The notes under the pieces are model-generated. The model did no database searches and was not told the DNA's origin. It worked only from the letters and a program-made list of their open reading frames with translations. The position numbers and the translations under genes were made by a program. Shown here piece by piece: positions 11,154 through 24,131 of a stretch of 36,025 nucleotides of DNA (positions are counted from its first letter, which is position 1; every line of letters starts with the position of its first letter). Source of the stretch: Octopus bimaculoides. Its lineage: Eukaryota. The stretch lies in the NCBI RefSeq assembly GCF_001194135.2, contig NC_068985.1:69265514-69301538 (forward strand). The letters are read 5' to 3'.

Positions 11154-12061
11154 CCACAGCTAATGTTATAATTACAAATGAGTTATCCTGAAATGCAGAA
11201 TGTTAGCATGAGTGTGTCGTAGTTAATGTTTAGATTAAGATGTTATGCCTACAGGTTGAGTTTTCAGTGATTCTTCAAGTAACGGAAACATGATTAATTT
11301 AACTTTTCTATTAGTATGCATCATTACGAGTAATTAATAATCCCCCTTTTTAGCACCGCAGTTTTCTACAGATACTTTATATATTCATCTAATAATAACT
11401 AACTTTTCAGCTGCATGATTTATATTTAAATTCCATTCAAGTTCGTTAACGTCTTCACTTCGTCATATTGTTTGGGTTTTAAGTCTTATATCAATGTTGC
11501 CCCTCAGCGTTTTGCTGTCTGTAAATTAATTGTTGCGGTTGAAGTCTTGTTTCCCATTCTTCAGAATGTTAGTGTTGTATTTGAGTAGCCCGAATTCCTC
11601 TATATTTTTTGTAGCTAGCAGTACAGTTTCCCAGTACAGTTTTCCGGTCTTTGAGTACTGTATTACAGTTGTGCTTGAAATCTGGTATTACGTTCATCTG
11701 TTTTAGCTACTCTGTATCCTCCGATTCTTTTGCGGCGGAAGACTTTCCATTTCTTAGGTGGCATAATTATATGTAACAGCAAGCAACAATTAACTATAAT
11801 TACTTAATAATTGAGTGAGGAAACCAAGCAAAACAATTTAAAGAAAGATCTTTATGAAAACATTAGATTGGTAGCAAATGTTGTTTAAGTTTCTAATAGA
11901 ATTTTACGCTCGAGTTAAGAAGTTGCCAGAAAAATAAAGATTTTTGGTAAACGTACTGTGTTCATAAAATAAAGTATAACATATTTCAGCTTTTAGATGT
12001 AAACGAATACAAATGGACATAATTTATTACGGCAAAAATATATTATATAACATAAGGTTAA

Positions 12062-12270
12062 ATAGGTTTCAAATGTTCACACAAGGCCAGCAATTTCAGG
12101 GGAGGGTAAGACGATTCTATCGACCCCAGTATTCAACTAGTACCGATACTATCGACCCTGAAAGGTTGAAAGACAGACAGCGTCGGTGGAATTTAATATG
12201 AGAGAAAAGACGGACAAAATGTCGCTAATGATTGTTGCCCGGCGTGCTGGCGAATGTGATAGCATATCAT
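12062..12270 (-). mobile_element. SINE family A, diverged copy
   Basis: ggtttcaaat..acaaggccagcaatttc..atcgaccccagt..atcgaccctgaaagg..gacggacaaaatgtcgctaa..gcccggcgtgct aligns with the 33164 and 12345 copies. Confidence 0.75.
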
Positions 12271-12344
12271 CTTAGAAGAAAGTCATTATATATATGTCTT
12301 TATTGCCCAAAGGGGGGGGGAGCTATGCATAGAGAGAACAAACA

Positions 12345-12530
12345 AGGACAGGCAGAGGGATTAAGTCGATTACATCGGCTCCACTGCGTAACTGGTAATT
12401 ATTTAATCGACCCAGAAAGGATGAAATTCAAAGTCGACCTCGGCAGAATTTGAACTCGGAATGTAACGGCAGACGCAATACCGCTAAGGATTTCGCCTGG
12501 CGTGCTAACGATCTGCTATCTCACCGCACT
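12345..12530 (-). mobile_element. SINE family A copy
   Basis: aagtcgattacatcg..aactggtaattatttaatcgacccagaaaggatgaaa..agtcgacctcggcagaatttgaactc..ccgctaag..ggcgtgctaacga; minus-strand B box gagttcaaattc. Confidence 0.85.
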
Positions 12531-14474
12531 CAGAAAACATTCAAGCCCTTTCAAACAAAAGTTAAACAAACGAACAAAAAATTAAATAATAGTTTTCTTT
12601 AATTTGAAATTGTAAATATGCTGTTCGCCTGAAACTATAGGAATCGTGTCATCTTCTAAATGTGAAAATATCAGTTATGTGGGGTTTCCTATAGCAAGGA
12701 AACAAGCAAAAACACTCTCTCGCGCGCAAATTTATAAATAAGCAAAATACACGCGCGCACGCGCACGCACACACACATTGTTATGTGTGAGCTTAAGCAG
12801 TTGACTTTATAGGCAAATGAATGGAAGGAAGAAACATATTTAAGAGAATGAAGAAGTGAGATATGAAACCAGTGAGATAGGAAAACGAAGTAAAATAAAG
12901 ACAGCCATAGAATATAGCTGAGAGGAAAGGAGAGAGAGGAAATGTAGAAAAATTATAGAGAAAATATGGTTTAGAGGGAGGGTGTTAGAGAATGTGTGAG
13001 TGGAAAATGAAAGTCTTGGTTGTGAAGACACAGTAAAGAATGTGAGAATATATGGCAATGCTAGAGATAAATGATCGGAAGAAAAGAAAGAATGGATGGT
13101 GGATGAAATATAGATGTGAGTAGAAAGGCTGAAAAGGCATACGGAATAGAAATTATCAGTGAAAATTAGAAACAAATACGAAAATGTAAATAAAAATATG
13201 GTAAGCTAGATCGATACATAGATGGGCAGATAGATATCAAATTTTGCATCAATCTATCTATCTATCTATTTAACTCTCTGGCAGACAGTCAGACACACAT
13301 ACATACATACATACATACCCACGTACATGCATACATACATACATACATACATTGTGAGATAGAGAGTCAGTGTTAGGGTGAAAGAGGTAGATAAAGGGAG
13401 AGAAACAGAGTGAGAGAGTAAAAGATTAGAGATGTAGGTATAGAGAATATGAATACCGATATATACAAAGATACTTAAACAAATTCATACAGACAGAAGA
13501 TTCATGGTGGAGGAGGAGGGTATAACATTATGTAATGCCTTTTAAATATCTCGCAAACATTTTCTCTAAGAACAGTTGGTGAGAGGGCAAAATTCCAAGG
13601 AAAGAAGAAAACGAATATTTTTCTTTCCTTTTGTTAGAAAAAAATTGCAAATAGTGGGAGAAATGGGACGAGTTTATGTTAAGACTGAAGAAATAATGTG
13701 TACGAAAACATTGAATTTTGTAGTTTTATTCACCATCTTGAATTTTATGGGCTTTTTATTTTTTCCATAATTTTCCGTTTCAGAGTTTTTATTAATATTT
13801 TGTTGTTTTCATATTACTAAAGCTTACACACCAATATTGAATAATCAAAGAATTGATAGTGAACAGATAATACATTTTCCTTTTTTTTATCTTTTCATAT
13901 AACCATTATCTTCTGAGCTTTCATCTTATAATACAGTTCTCAGGACACATACACAAATCAGAATAAAAGAAATATGTCAATAAAAAGAAACAGTATTGCC
14001 AGAGAGCTGCTGGGTGATGCACGATATTATAGCTAGGAAGAAATAACAAACACCGACCAAAAAAGAAATCAGTATGTATTTGTATTTTCCTTAGAAAAGG
14101 CGGAAGCATTGAAAATTTCCATTCTGTTCCCCATCATTAATTTTCTGTATATTTTTCATGTATAGTTCAGTGTGAGTGTTGTGAGTGTGCTATTTTATTA
14201 TTTAGTTTCGAAATTAAGCCAATTTTGTGCAACGCTCTAGAGCATTTCAGAATGGACGGATGGATGGTGGATAGAAATATTTTCTTGCTCGTATCATCAC
14301 CACTACAGTCTGATGAACAATGCAAGGAGAGAGGTTGAAGTGACCATACATAATTTTGTGTAACGTACACGTCCCTTTCAGATGGTCTTTAATAAACGTA
14401 AACGCTGAAAGCTTGGTCTAGATCGAAAATGGAAAGAGGATAAAAGAAATAGCCAAGTAACTAATGCACGTGAG

Positions 14475-14476
<2 letters not shown>

Positions 14477-14546
<70 letters not shown>
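14477..14546. repeat. (AG)35 microsatellite
   Basis: Read directly. Confidence 0.98.
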
Positions 14547-14549
<3 letters not shown>

Positions 14550-15237
14550 TGGAAGAAGAGAATGGATATGGGTTAATATCAAAGCAATCATATTATTTTC
14601 TTTGATCTTAAGGGTTAGCTTCAACTAGTATCATAAAAAAACAAACATGCAAAGCAACAACGTTACACGGAAAAATACAGTCACAAAAATAAGTCTATTC
14701 ATGAGATCTAAAAATGTTTACAACCGCAAAAAGCACATATGCGAATCGTATTTGAATACATATTTATAACCATCGAATATATATTATTGTGCCTGTCTAT
14801 GGTAAACAGAATATTCATGTATTTACATGCAATTTAGTCATCTATGATTATTGGATAAAGAAGAAAGTAACACACGCACAATCACAAACATACCTACATA
14901 TAATATACATTCAGGAAACGTGTGTTCAGACATCAGAAAACAAATTCGGCGATATGACTAACGAAATGATTTCTACATAGTCTAAAAACGGAATACAATA
15001 TGGAAAGAGTAAGAAATGAAAACTTATTTGAAACCCCACATCGTGTTTTTTTGTTGCTAATTTCTTTTTTTGGCAGTCATATATTTGAAATGTATTAGGG
15101 AAGGTTGGGCTATATTAAGTCCATATTGGATGTATGAAGCAGACCAGTGTCGCATACGGTAATCATGTAATGACATACACATTAGAAATAAATATAATAG
15201 TATTCCGGTGTCATCAACATCACCTCCAATATAGGTT

Positions 15238-15289
15238 TAAAGGCACTAACTAAAGGCACTAACTAAAGGCACTAATTAAAGTAGCTAAC
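15238..15289. repeat. 13-bp tandem repeat TAAAGGCACTAAC x3 plus a degenerate fourth unit
   Basis: Read directly. Confidence 0.9.
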
Positions 15290-16689
15290 GAAGAATCGCC
15301 CAGCCTCGAACAGCTAGAAATAGTAGCTAATTCATCCTCCAAGTCTTCAACTGATAACGTCTATATTATCTATATTAAAAAATCATACTTTTTTAAGTGT
15401 AAACAGTATATTCGGTTTTTAAAATTTACAATTCTCTTGCATGCATGCCGACACATACAGACACTCATCAACACATGCACACAGGTGAACCCCTTGTATA
15501 CACACACACACACACACATACATTAACACACACATACAGTTACGCACACACACATACAATTACTCGTTCGCTCGCTCACGCAACTATGCATATACACACT
15601 CACGTATACATTGCCGACTGAACACAGGTTAATGTTACTTTACATGTCACTACGTTTGTTCAAATTGCTCCCATTTCAATCTCGCGAGCCCTTTGAACTC
15701 AGTGTTTGCGTTTCTATCTATCTTCCTCTTTCTCTCTTTTTTTCACTTACGTTACTTTTTTTCTTGTTTGGCGATCATACATTTGAGAGTGTCATTTCCG
15801 TGGATACTTTCCCTTCAGCTCACCACTGGAAACTGCGTCCTGCTTTCACGCTCTGGCCTCTGAACTTCCTCATTTTAATTGGCTTAGTGAACAAGGCAAT
15901 TTTTCTCTTCTTTTATACATACTTACATGTAATTCCGAACACCCGTTCGCTTTCTCGCTTTTCCTTTTTGCAAAGTATTTATCGTACTACTGGCGTGTGT
16001 TTTGTTTTATTTTTATTTTAAAATGCTATTTTTGTTCTGTCCAAATACTAAAACTTATGCATATAATCTATCGTGACTTTGTTTTTTGCCTCCCCTGGTC
16101 GCTAAGATTTTACTGTATATTTATATACTTACAGATTTTTCTTATCCGTTTCCACTATATCAGTTTCTTAATGACGGTATGCGATACTTGTTGACGCCAG
16201 CAGGCTGGTTTCGTTTCTAATGCACCAAAACCCCGAAAAACCTCCGGGATGATACTTGATGAGTTGTATTCTGTTTGTTATGGTCTGAACTTTTATCTAT
16301 TTTCTTTCATTTCAGACACTGATGCAAGCAGCATCATGTCCTCACACAATGCTATGTCGATTATATTGAATATTCGCTTATATGTGGGTCTACACATCGT
16401 TGATTCAAAATTCAGTCTAAGCTTATGATCGAATGAAAGCTATTTAGGAAAGTTGAAATTGATGAGCTGCTTTTTGGGATAAATATTTATATATGCATCT
16501 AGAATATGTGAATGTCTTCTTTTAGTTCTCAACAGGACATTATCACTCTGTCATGTTTCGCTCCTGTGGGATAGCGTATCATCATACACTGCATAAGCAG
16601 ACTGTGTATACCATATCTAATAATGCATTGAGCTTTACATCTTCATCTTCGTAGTGTTAATGCTTGATAACCCATTCTCATACGTCTTT

Positions 16690-17190
16690 ACCACAACTCT
16701 CACCTCGTCAAGTCCGAAAAATAACGAGGGAGGCGCATCACATCTGGAATGCCGTGAAGACCACACAACACTAAACCAGTTGGGCAATGTGGTAAAACTA
16801 TTGTGTTGACATTTTATAGAGTGTTAATGGCAGGTAAAAGTGATGAAATTCTCAAGGAAACACGGTGTCAATGCACATCAAATGGTTGGCCCATTCTAGA
16901 GGGCTTTCATGTCGACCCATATATTTTCATCTATGGCATCATAACGTTACTGAGCAGCATTCGTTGCTGTAGGTAAACTTTGGACGTGTCGTCAGCTTAG
17001 ACTGTCCGTGATACAGATGGCGTAACGGAAGCGTTCTGCTTCACCTGACTTGGTACACAAATATTGGTTACAGGATGAGATATGCAGGACAGCTGCTATC
17101 ACGTGCAGGTTGATTTCGTCTATCAGTTATGTCCCTTGTAGAGATAATCCTGCCGTATTTTTTTTGGGTGTCCGTGGCGGAAAAGATTTT
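16690..17190 (-). mobile_element. Heavily decayed Tc1-like transposase relic (N-terminal half)
   Basis: Collinear traces on the minus strand: GHPKK (GRPRK-like), PSVSRTV (VS.RTVRRRL-like) and gtggtcttcacgg..ttccagat (VVFTDESR-like with a deletion). No TIRs found. Confidence 0.4.
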
Positions 17191-17389
17191 TTGATATGAT
17201 ACGACTGAAATCAAACACTTCATTCGCTTAAGTCCTCACTAACTTTCTCATGTTTCAGCTGAAGGAAAAGTTACCTAAGAGTTAGCTAATTTCTTGTATT
17301 GTAATAAACATGATGCGACTAAAGCATGAACCATAGTTTAGAGTAGAAGACCTGACCTGGAAGGAACACTTTTATTTTAGGTCGGATTC

Positions 17390-17630
17390 ACCGTTGTCTT
17401 CATGGGTTTTCCAAGATTATCTCGTAGATATATACTCCGCTAGGGATTTTTTTATTTTTTATTCTGGACATGTTGAATTTTTCCTTTTCTGATCATTTGT
17501 ATATAAGCTGGAATCTATTTGGCTTTTATCTATATTGGCTTTTATCCAAACAGTCGTAAATGCTTAATTTTGTGCCTCTACTAAGAAGCTTTCTATTTCC
17601 CTTTCCAGCCATTATTTCGGCAACCATAAC
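17390..17630 (-). mobile_element. R4/Dong-type fragment (pre-zinc-knuckle region)
   Basis: KGEIESFLVEAQN*AFTTVWIKANIDKSQIDS..RDNLGK, homologous to the ETES.LAAQDQALRTN..RHD block. Confidence 0.6.
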
Positions 17631-17649
17631 CATGTCTCACAAATATTTG

Positions 17650-19190
17650 CTGCATCTACCTTTGGGAATCTATCCTGAATATTTCGCACTTAAGAGTGTT
17701 TGATTATATATTTTCCACTTTCCTGCTTGATTACATGTTGGTCAAAGGGGCACTGTATATCAACTACCTAGTACACATTGTGCATCCTGTTTACCTCCAC
17801 TAAGTCTGGTCTGTTATGCTCTAGCGCTTGAACTGTTTGGATTGGGAGATCCTACAGTCTCCCTAAGTCTCTGACTCACCCAATTTCCGTGGTTTGTAAT
17901 CATATCACATCTTGCGTCTCTCTACCCCCAGTTTTCGCACAATTTCCAATGTAGCACTTTCGCTACCTCATAGCTTCTCCACAAAATGTAGTTTAAAGCA
18001 TTTGTTTGTGATATGAGCAATGGTTTCGCTCTGTATATTACAGATGCGGCACAGCGAAAATACGTAAGCTTGACCCTCCAGTTCGTGCCTAAAGATTCGT
18101 CTTGCGCTGCCAGTATCGTGCTCTCAGTGTTACTTTCAGTGTTCCTTTCGTTTTTCATTGTTCCTTTCTTCAGCCAATTCCTCGTATATTTTCCAGCAAC
18201 ATCTGTTGTTGTTACATGGAATTCATTGTAGCAACAATCAGTCTATTGATGTGTATTGATTCTTCGCATCTTTTTTGCACTTCTTCCTTTGCTTACCTGT
18301 TTTTCTCCGATTTTAATATTCCTTCATTCCTAACTGACACTAGCACGATTGTCTTACTTTTGGATATGTATCTCAATAAGCTCTCGAGTTCGATACGTAC
18401 GCAGTCTTGCACATTTATCAGACACTTTCCTCTATTTGTTCTCTTCATGTATAGGCGATCAGTGTCCGCATGTGCTTGATGGACTCCGTGCATCGTTTCT
18501 TGTCTCCCTATTGACCTATTTAGCTGTCCTCTGTCCAATTCAGTATTCCAGCACCATGCCGAACTACTACGACTGCATGCGAGTTTATTGCCGACATCAT
18601 GGTTCTGGCATTCAGCTTTGAAGCCAAAAGTTTTTTCAGTCACCGCAGGTACTCTTTCTTTGCTTTTTCAATCATATCGTTGTATTTCATTCCATCTGCC
18701 TCAAGTATTCTTCCAGGTATTTATAACTGGATTGAAGTTTATTTCCTTTTATCAATTTACCTCTTGGCATCCATATGTATTGTGTCTTGAAAAGTTTTCC
18801 TCTTCTGAACACCAACGTAGCTCATTTTCAGAGTCAAAGCTTCATATTGATATCATTCGAGTAAATCCGTGCAGACTGGACTAAGCTATTCTGCCTCAAA
18901 TGTTGTGAAACTTTTCAAACGTCCGTGTGCAGTAGGTGGTTCGGTTTTCCCTAAGCTCTTCCCAGATCATCCCCCAACTTTGTCTTCTGTAGTATTTTCC
19001 TCAAGCGGACCATTTCTAGCACAAAGATCACTAGGGGGACATTGGAAGATTTCACTCTTCATTTTCAATTCTTCTAATATTTAATGCCTTGTTGCAATTC
19101 AGTTCTGCAACATTTCATTATCATTTCCTTTGTATCAGCATGTTCTTTGCAATGACTTCCCGAGTAACATCCAGCTCCCTAGGGAAAGTG
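17650..19190 (-). mobile_element. 5'- and 3'-truncated R4/Dong-type retrotransposon (RT to endonuclease)
   Basis: MKSEIFQ.PL VIFVL-like RT motif near 19050; TMHGVHQAHADTDRLYMKR..INVQDCVRIELESL; TESTILAAQDESLGTN..VAKVLHWKLCENWG; HNRPDLV..VVDIQCPFD endonuclease motif. Many stops and frameshifts. Confidence 0.85.
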
Positions 19191-19269
19191 AAGTATAAGA
19201 GGTATATAACTGAAAGCTTGGGAAGTGAAAGTGGTGCGGGAATAGCAATTTATCTGCATGTAATATAAA

Positions 19270-19905
19270 ACAAATATTTTTAATGACATGGGTAGTACTT
19301 GTCAGCACGATCTTTTGGTTTTCTTTGGATCTCCTGGGATATTGTCTAGATGTTTCTGAGCTCCCTTTTTATCATACCTAGGGCACCTACAATAACAGGA
19401 ATAGATTTTGTTTTAAGATGCCACGTCTTTTTTATTTCAATTTCCAGGACTTTATATTTATTAAGTACATCACATTACTTTAAATATATATTTTTATCAG
19501 TGGGAACACATCCATTTGTCTACAAGTAGTTTCTTCTCTGTCTTTAAAAATTGTCTCGCCGTTTTAGCCAGAATCATTCTGTCAGTGTTGATTTGAAAAC
19601 CCCAGAGGATGGTGACATTCTTGCCGTCAACTACTGGCTAAGGATGATGTTCATATCAGTAAGCGTGAGTGCCGATTTTAAAGTGTTTACATATTTTCCT
19701 CTGTAAATATGTTCCTACCCATTCATGGCGATTTTTGTATTTGTTTCGTGTCATCACAGGACATACGGAAGCGAGATGGTCTGTTGTTCTGTAAAATGTA
19801 TCGTAGAATCTGCACGTAGGGTTCAAGAGGAAAACTCTATTCAATGTGATTCAATGGTTACCCAAAATTCCTTGGAAGCATACATGCTGGACAGTACTAC
19901 ATACT
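19270..19905 (-). mobile_element. 5'-truncated R4/Dong-type retrotransposon (zinc knuckle + endonuclease C-terminus)
   Basis: CRFYDTF..TTDHLASVCPVMT..YKNRHEWVG.YL..KICKHF; YEHHP*PVVDGKNVTILW..INTDR; KTKSIPVIVGALGMIKK; KIVLTSTTHVIKK. Confidence 0.85.
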
Positions 19906-20328
19906 AGCAAAATATTGCCGAAATATACCTTAATCTTTATAAATTCCAAAGAGAGATAATAGAGAGATACATAATTAAAATTGTTGCCAGCAATATATAA
20001 TTGATATTTTGGTTTCATAATATACGTATGTCCTGAATGTCATGCACGATAGACATTTAACGCAGAAAAAGAGGTAAACTGAACATGTTATAAAACATTT
20101 GGACTCAGCTGAATCGAGGACGCTTCTCAATATAAAATGCGTTAAATATTTAAAGCATTAATATTTCTCACAAAAAAGAGAGACGGCAGACAGTTCCTTA
20201 GTGATAATTGTCGGTTGAATTAACATGTTAAAGACAAAGGGTCTTTATATTCTTAGATACACTAGACTACCTATGTATGGAAATAGTATTATATCTATCT
20301 ATCTATCTATATATATATGATATGATAT

Positions 20329-20938
20329 NNNNNNNNNNNNNNNNNNNNNNNNNNNNNNNNNNNNNNNNNNNNNNNNNNNNNNNNNNNNNNNNNNNNNNNN
20401 NNNNNNNNNNNNNNNNNNNNNNNNNNNNNNNNNNNNNNNNNNNNNNNNNNNNNNNNNNNNNNNNNNNNNNNNNNNNNNNNNNNNNNNNNNNNNNNNNNNN
20501 NNNNNNNNNNNNNNNNNNNNNNNNNNNNNNNNNNNNNNNNNNNNNNNNNNNNNNNNNNNNNNNNNNNNNNNNNNNNNNNNNNNNNNNNNNNNNNNNNNNN
20601 NNNNNNNNNNNNNNNNNNNNNNNNNNNNNNNNNNNNNNNNNNNNNNNNNNNNNNNNNNNNNNNNNNNNNNNNNNNNNNNNNNNNNNNNNNNNNNNNNNNN
20701 NNNNNNNNNNNNNNNNNNNNNNNNNNNNNNNNNNNNNNNNNNNNNNNNNNNNNNNNNNNNNNNNNNNNNNNNNNNNNNNNNNNNNNNNNNNNNNNNNNNN
20801 NNNNNNNNNNNNNNNNNNNNNNNNNNNNNNNNNNNNNNNNNNNNNNNNNNNNNNNNNNNNNNNNNNNNNNNNNNNNNNNNNNNNNNNNNNNNNNNNNNNN
20901 NNNNNNNNNNNNNNNNNNNNNNNNNNNNNNNNNNNNNN
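20329..20938. other. Assembly gap (N)
   Basis: N run followed by (AC)n(AT)n(TG)n at 20939-21030. Confidence 1.
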
Positions 20939-21030
<92 letters not shown>

Positions 21031-21830
21031 ATTTATGTAGCTATGCTAGATGCCATCAGAGGAATATACGCACAGAGAAAAATATATGCAAAAAACAAGA
21101 TTTAAAAAGAAATCGAAAGTACAAAAGGTATAAGAAAAGTACGCAGCTTTTAGAAAAAGGCTAATGTTATTAACGGAACATATTGAATCCCAGAAACTGA
21201 AGTGTAAACTTTACTCATAGTTATTTATTTTGACAGAATTTACCTGGAAATACTTACTCTTAGACATTTCGGAATCAGAAAAGCTGTCTCAGAAATAGTA
21301 TGCAGTATTAGAAATCTAGAAGAAAATGGAAAAGAAAAAATTATTGAATAAAAGACGCATATAGCCTTTCTTAGAAAATGATTTTCATTTATCTTTCGAC
21401 ATTAACTGTAGCATATTTAGTGAATTATTCTTATATACATACAAATATCCATACAAATGTACATACACTCAAACTCATATACACTCATGCGCACACACAC
21501 TAACACGCACACACACAGGCACATACAAACACTAGCACATATATTTCAGAATGTATATCGAAATGGATTCTAAATGGACTGAAAATATAACATCTACGTC
21601 TGATAATCCAGATTATATGATAATTATTAGTTTTTGGGCGATTTGTTATCATTATTGTGACACTAAATATATTTCTATATAAATATATTATGTTTGTCTA
21701 ATACTGGCAGGGAAAAATCATCTTAAACTAAGTATGTATTTTTTCAATAAATGGTTTATTAGCATTATTGTCATCCACCTACGCTTCTCCCTCCTTCACA
21801 CTCCACTCTCTATGTACCACCATCATTATT

Positions 21831-21883
<53 letters not shown>
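21831..21883. repeat. (GTA)n microsatellite running into a gap
   Basis: Read directly. Confidence 0.98.
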
Positions 21884-22554
21884 NNNNNNNNNNNNNNNNN
21901 NNNNNNNNNNNNNNNNNNNNNNNNNNNNNNNNNNNNNNNNNNNNNNNNNNNNNNNNNNNNNNNNNNNNNNNNNNNNNNNNNNNNNNNNNNNNNNNNNNNN
22001 NNNNNNNNNNNNNNNNNNNNNNNNNNNNNNNNNNNNNNNNNNNNNNNNNNNNNNNNNNNNNNNNNNNNNNNNNNNNNNNNNNNNNNNNNNNNNNNNNNNN
22101 NNNNNNNNNNNNNNNNNNNNNNNNNNNNNNNNNNNNNNNNNNNNNNNNNNNNNNNNNNNNNNNNNNNNNNNNNNNNNNNNNNNNNNNNNNNNNNNNNNNN
22201 NNNNNNNNNNNNNNNNNNNNNNNNNNNNNNNNNNNNNNNNNNNNNNNNNNNNNNNNNNNNNNNNNNNNNNNNNNNNNNNNNNNNNNNNNNNNNNNNNNNN
22301 NNNNNNNNNNNNNNNNNNNNNNNNNNNNNNNNNNNNNNNNNNNNNNNNNNNNNNNNNNNNNNNNNNNNNNNNNNNNNNNNNNNNNNNNNNNNNNNNNNNN
22401 NNNNNNNNNNNNNNNNNNNNNNNNNNNNNNNNNNNNNNNNNNNNNNNNNNNNNNNNNNNNNNNNNNNNNNNNNNNNNNNNNNNNNNNNNNNNNNNNNNNN
22501 NNNNNNNNNNNNNNNNNNNNNNNNNNNNNNNNNNNNNNNNNNNNNNNNNNNNNN
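21884..22554. other. Assembly gap (N)
   Basis: N run. Confidence 1.
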
Positions 22555-24065
22555 CACAAAAAAATATGTATGTACGTGTGTATTTGTATACTTATATTGC
22601 ATCGTCAGCTACAGTTACAGTGTATAAAATTATATTGTCATGCTTAATTCATTCGGTTCATCGTAGCTTTTTGTGGTTTACTAACATTTTTAAAATCCAT
22701 CACTGTTCTAAAATTCACCATAAAACCATCGTTGATTACCAACCTCATAGTTCTGTCACATTTATATTTTGATGTCATTTTCTGTGTGTTCCGTGCTTGT
22801 TGGATCAAATCATTGCATTGCTGGTTTGTCTGTGTAGTCGCTCTATCTACAGGTAGTTCGAATCGAATAAAATCATAAATGTGGTGGTGTAGCATGCCGA
22901 CACCAATGGTACTTCTATTATGACTACATATTGTTTCATTTTTATTCTATTTAAGTCCCTGTCCTTGGAATAACGAAGGTAAATTGTACTATTGTGTTAA
23001 TATATAAATAACACTACACATCCCTACACTAAAAAAAAACATAAACAGATGTATTTTCCGTTTTGATGATTACTTGAAATTCTCCGTGTTCAATATGTTA
23101 TTCTCATAAACACTTTGTTTCTAAATATAATTAGGGTCAATTTACCAATTTAATAGATAGATTAATAAATGAAATATTCATACATCTAATCTACTTCGGT
23201 ATCATATTAACAACCTGCGCTAAGACAACAATTTACAATCGGAGATAAACTGTATTCAAATCTGTGCAAATTCAACTATCGAATTCTTTTCTTTTTTCAT
23301 GTTTTATGATGAATATACGCTGAAATATCTGAGAAGAATCGTTCCTACGGTTATTATTAGAAGGAACATTATCTTCAGAGTTGAAATATTCAGCAATATT
23401 TACAACAAAATCATAGATTATGCCCATCGTCAGAACTGAATCTTCCTGTCTGTATCTGAAATCACCTACGTTGTGCCTATTTTATATCTACGGGTATAAT
23501 ATGTCTGATGGTTTACGTTGCCGTTATTTAAGACATAGCCTTATAACCTTGAATTTTGGCACATAAACAGAGGTGTAAGTCAGTCTGGTGCAATGATCAA
23601 CGCATCCAATCATTATCAAACATTTGTGTAGATATTACTGAACGTTTTTGTTTAATATTTTTTGTCTCTGTTTAGAAGTTTATGACAGCCGCAAGCTATA
23701 CAGTTTTAATATAAGTGATTTTGAATGTTTGGACATTTAATATAGCTTTTGTGCCAAGTGAAACAGAAACCTATATTGTACACAGAACATCTTTATTTTG
23801 ACAATGTCGTAAATTTACAACGCTCTAAATGTCTTTCACATCATCATATAATTTTATTTGTTCGTTTAAGTGGTTTATCTTTTCAACATTATATGATAAT
23901 ATCAGTTGTCATAGGTATTTCTTAATTATCGTTATAAAAAATATTAGAGAATATAAATGACTGTATCTTCTGGAGTAAAAGAATTATGGCATCCCACTTT
24001 AGGATATTGAACAGATATCAAAATATATATGTACATGAAGATATGATTACGATGCTGGTGAAGGC

Positions 24066-24100
<35 letters not shown>

Positions 24101-24131
24101 CGACGACGACAACGACGACGACGACGACGAC
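24066..24131. repeat. Compound microsatellite (GAT)11(GAC)4 AAC (GAC)6
   Basis: Read directly. Confidence 0.95.

Noticed and set aside
10921-11191. Repetitive ORFs (GELAGTSARRAK / ASSSPLARPAN) and a CRISPR-like look
   Set aside because: They arise from the 39-nt (13-codon) SINE-head array; units are contiguous without spacers, no cas genes are present and the context is eukaryotic.
11480-11760. Possible further R4/Dong-type remnant on the minus strand
   Set aside because: Only vague motif resemblance; I could not decide between N- and C-terminal alignments, so it is unsupported without a profile search.
12820-13470. Strongly purine-skewed stretches giving hydrophobic antisense ORFs (e.g. 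12840-13175)
   Set aside because: Consistent with decayed (GA)n microsatellite; the Leu/Ser/Phe-rich ORF is compositional.
23270-23480. Open frame of about 68 codons on the minus strand (..YRQEDSVLTMGIIYDFVVNIAEYFNSED..)
   Set aside because: No recognisable domain, bounded by stops, and no matching donor site found.
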